A stretch of DNA of 63,009 bases, counting the filler, from Reclinomonas americana ATCC 50394 (Eukaryota), in assembly GCA_048213135.1 (NCBI GenBank). It is 7 parts of 7 records of this genome, joined end to end, with 100 filler letters (N's around TTAATTAATTAA, not from the genome) between each part and the next. Parts side by side here need not be neighbours in the genome. Positions count along the whole stretch, not along the records: positions 55,895 to 59,988 come from AFZH01017012.1; positions 60,089 to 63,009 come from AFZH01017014.1; 5 more parts are not named here. One strand, given 5' to 3'. Below are positions 59,863 to 63,009 of the stretch, in pieces. How positions within the stretch are numbered: position 1 is the first letter of the stretch; the number at the start of each line of letters is the position of its first letter. Under the pieces are notes generated by a model. It was not told the origin of the DNA. It searched no databases and was given only the letters and a program-made list of their open reading frames with translations. Made by a program: the position numbers and the translations under genes.

Positions 59863-61360
59863 TTACTGCGCCGTCAGAGCCTCGCCCTGAGTCACCTCAG
59901 CCGACGGGGCCGTCTGGGCGTACTCAATGAGCTGCAGCGCCTCCTGCACCTTGGCCTGCAGGTCGGGCGGCGACTCGAGCAGCACCAANNNNNNNNNNNN
60001 NNNNNNNNNNNNNNNNNNNNNNNNNNNNNNNNTTAATTAATTAANNNNNNNNNNNNNNNNNNNNNNNNNNNNNNNNNNNNNNNNNNNNCGCGCGCTCGGC
60101 TGTGGGAGGGGAGGGTGAGGAAAAGGAGGTAATGAGGGAAGGGGGTAATGAGGGAAAGGGAGAGGGGAGGGAAAGGGAGAGGGGAGGGAAAGGGAGAAGG
60201 GTGACAGAAAAGTATGAGCGTGAGAACCCGTCTCTGTCAGGTCTCTTGGCGATACACAGAGACCTCAGCAATAAGACATTCTCACTTCTTGCTCTCTGGA
60301 AGAGAGAAGGAGAGAAGAGAAGAGAGAAAGCTATTCTCACTCTTAATCGCGAGACGACAAAGAGAATGAAAGAGACAGAAGGCCACACTGCTGATGATCA
60401 AGAAAGCAAGCGAGAGAGGGAGTAAGAGAGAACTGTTATCACTCTGCATTCACGAGACGACAAGGAAAGGAAGGCCCCACTGCAAATGACCAAGCAAGCG
60501 AGAGAGAGCTAGCTGTTCTCACTCTGCTTTCACGAGACGACAAAGAGAATGAAAGAGAAAGAGGCCCCGCTGCTAATGACACAGCAAACGAGAAAGAGAG
60601 CGCTATTCTCACGCTGTTTTCACGAGACGACAAGGAAAGGAAAAGGAGAGGAAGAGTGAGACAGAAAGTTCCAAGAGTCGCTCTCACTCTTTGCTCTCTC
60701 CGCAGGAAGAGGAATCGAATGCACAACAACGCCGCAACCGCTCACTGCTCACGACCATTACAATGGCTGCAAAGCAAGAGAGGAGGAACGAGGTGCTTCG
60801 CACTGCTGATGACAGAGAGGACCAAGAAGGAAAGCAACCATGACACGTCTCACTGCATGCGCTCTCGATAAGGGAAGCAGGGGAGCAAGGAATGAGAAGA
60901 CTCTTGTCGGCTTGCCTGATGAGGGAGAGACCTCGCTTCTGATGACAGAACTCACTCTGCTTCACTCGGGGGAAGCGACTATGGGAGGGTCAAGAAAGAT
61001 TGCACTCAGAAGAGTCACTCAAGAGATGCCACTGCTGAACCTCACTTCTCTCTCATCGCTGCCTCTCTAAAGAATAGAGAATCACCCCTCGTCTGTGTTC
61101 TCACGCACCATCCTCCGTCTGGAAAAAGTTGACGTAGGCGTAGCCGAGCGAGATCTTGGTGAAGGCGTCACGGCAGAGGCGGATGGACTGAATCGGTCCA
61201 ATCTGCGCGCGTACATACACATGAGCACCACATCCCTCTCTCCCTCCCTGCCTCTCCCTCGTGTGATTTACGCAACCGCACGGAACACTTCGTGGATCAT
61301 CGGCTCGGTGACCTCGCGCTGGAGATCTCCGACGTACAGGCTGGCACTCGGGTTCGACAT
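59863..61360 (-). CDS. PABP: Polyadenylate-binding protein (RRM1 start and PABC/MLLE end visible; middle lost in gap)
   Basis: MSNPSASLYVGDL..EVTE..IHEVF|IGPIQSIRLCRD..TKISLGYAYVNF, then AERA before the gap, and LVLLESPPDLQAKVQEAL after it. Confidence 0.9.
60330..60645. repeat. Intronic tandem repeat (~80-100 bp units)
   Basis: ctattctcactct...cgagacgacaa(g/a)ga at ~60351, ~60453, ~60533 and ~60623. Confidence 0.8.
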
Positions 61361-63009
61361 GGTTGACTGTGTTGCTGAGGTGGTTGTTGTTGTTGTTGGA
61401 AGGAGTGGGGGTGGGGGGTGGAGTTTTTTGGTTTTGGGGTCTGCAGCAGCACAAGAAAGAACTCGGGACATGAGAGACATGTCCACTTTGACGCACACGC
61501 ACAGGCACACAGACGCGCACAAAGAGCATCGCCACTGTCGTCCCCACTAGGTGCACTCGACACACGCACGCACACACGCAAGCGAAGAGAGCGAACGAGA
61601 CACAGAGAGAGCGAACAGAACGTGAAAGTGACAGACAATGGACACGCACACACACACACGCACACACAAGGAGGAATCGCACAACAGCACACACATAATG
61701 TGCGCAAAAGGAACACGCGGACACGTGTGTATGTGTGCACATAGAGTCGACCACAACACACACTTTCACGAGAGTATGTGTGCCAGACACGGACACCACA
61801 CAACCTCACATAGACACACGCAAGCTACTGTCAGATAGAGTGGTCACACAGCCCAAAAAAGGAACCCGAAAAGAGTCCAAGTCGTACTCGAGTTGAGAGT
61901 CGCCATGTGCGTTCGAGGAAATCGTCTCACACAACCCCCTCACGCACTCACGCAACTATGCTGTTTTTTTGTTTTTTGGGAGTTAGGGGGACTGTTCCGT
62001 CAGAGCCAGGTCCAGAGAAGACGGCGACAGGAACAGGGGGTTAGGCAGCGAAGGGGGGCCTGATAGTCAATCAAAAAAACAAACGTCAGCTCCTCATTTT
62101 CACCAAATCCGAGAATGCGATTGCGCAAAAGGGGAGAAGGAGGAGTGGAGAGAGAGTGGGAGAGAGCGGGGAGAGAAGGCGGAGCAAGTGGGATGCGCTC
62201 GCCACAAACCTTGGAAAAAGTGGAGTGAGGGACAAGAGGACAAACTGCGACGTCGTTCCGATCGATCGCTTGCAAGGTGAACGAGGGTTTGTTGACGATG
62301 GATTTCGATTCTGCGTCACGTGGCAAGCGAAGTCACGCTGGACTTTGTCGATGCAAACGATGGATCGCGATCAGGCGATCGAGTCACCGATGGAAGGCGA
62401 TCGCGATCGCCATCGGATCTGGAAGGACCGAAGGAGCCCTCTGGTTTGTGGACGCTCACCGTGGCGCTTGTGCATGCAGTGCTTGCTTTTTTTCAGGATC
62501 CAGCTGCAGATTGACGCGTGGCCGCTGGCGTGTTATATCCGTATTTGCAATTGGCGAATCGGAGCGCGAGTGCGCGCGCGACTGGCCGTCCGACGAGCCG
62601 CCACAAACACGTGGATGGGTCGGCGGTTTCTTTTTCGTGTGGTGCCAAAAATATTTGCGCACGACGTGCGCACGAGACAATAAAAGCCCGCGAGTCGGGA
62701 CAGATTGAGTCGTTACACAGAACAATCGCGCAATGGTGCGTGCGAGTCGCATGACTGTGACACTGTGTGTGTGTGTATGTGTGTCTCGTTGTCGCGCATC
62801 GCCGCATGTCCGTGTCAGTTGTCGTGCACCCTCTCTGTGTTTGTGTGTGGGGCATGTCGCCTTGTGTGTGTGTGTGTGTGCACAGCGTGTGAACATTGCA
62901 CTCTTGCCTGCTTTTGTCGTGGTCTCACCCAGTTGTTTGTGCCCGTGTCGCTTTGCCACGATCGTCAACAGGGTCTCTCGCTTGGCAAGGTGCGTTTTTT
63001 TGTGTGTGC

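Noticed and set aside
1..63009. Alternative genetic code, selenocysteine, tRNA/rRNA genes or transposases
   Set aside because: Conserved genes translate with the standard code once introns are removed, and TAA, TAG and TGA all act as stops; no RNA gene or transposase motif was recognised by eye (tRNAscan/Infernal not run)

Overview
Gene-dense, GC-rich, intron-rich eukaryotic nuclear DNA, probably from a protist; the organism cannot be named from sequence alone. It uses the standard code and short GT-AG introns, and some introns are inflated by GA/CT simple repeats and local tandem duplications. The assembly is joined by six artificial N44-TTAATTAATTAA-N44 linkers. About 24 protein genes can be modelled by hand. 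Recognisable ones are NOP58, INTS6, PABP, an NCS1 transporter, a GTF3C4-like AT-hook/WD protein, two SDRs, an EcKL/APH-type kinase, a PhyH dioxygenase, TLC, Pmp3, Stum/SPEC3, CAP-Gly, F-box/WD40 and two USPs, plus several orphans. No rRNA, tRNA, CRISPR or transposase was recognised. The most interesting signals are: (1) a tandem array of intronless 7-blade WD40 genes whose near-identical repeats vary at the ligand-face positions known from fungal HNWD NLRs and which end in a BC-box/cullin-box-like tail, a candidate diversifying E3 substrate-receptor system; (2) a nearby strongly diverged tetra-ubiquitin with extra-Gly junctions and a non-conjugatable last unit; (3) a tandem-macrodomain gene; (4) a large orphan with an in-frame ~720 bp module duplication and decayed echoes of its C-terminus; (5) 5'-GA/3'-CT polarity in long introns; (6) two convergent genes whose predicted stop codons overlap in one TTAA. 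CDS coordinates are whole gene spans from manual exon joining. Family calls come from motif recognition, not database searches.
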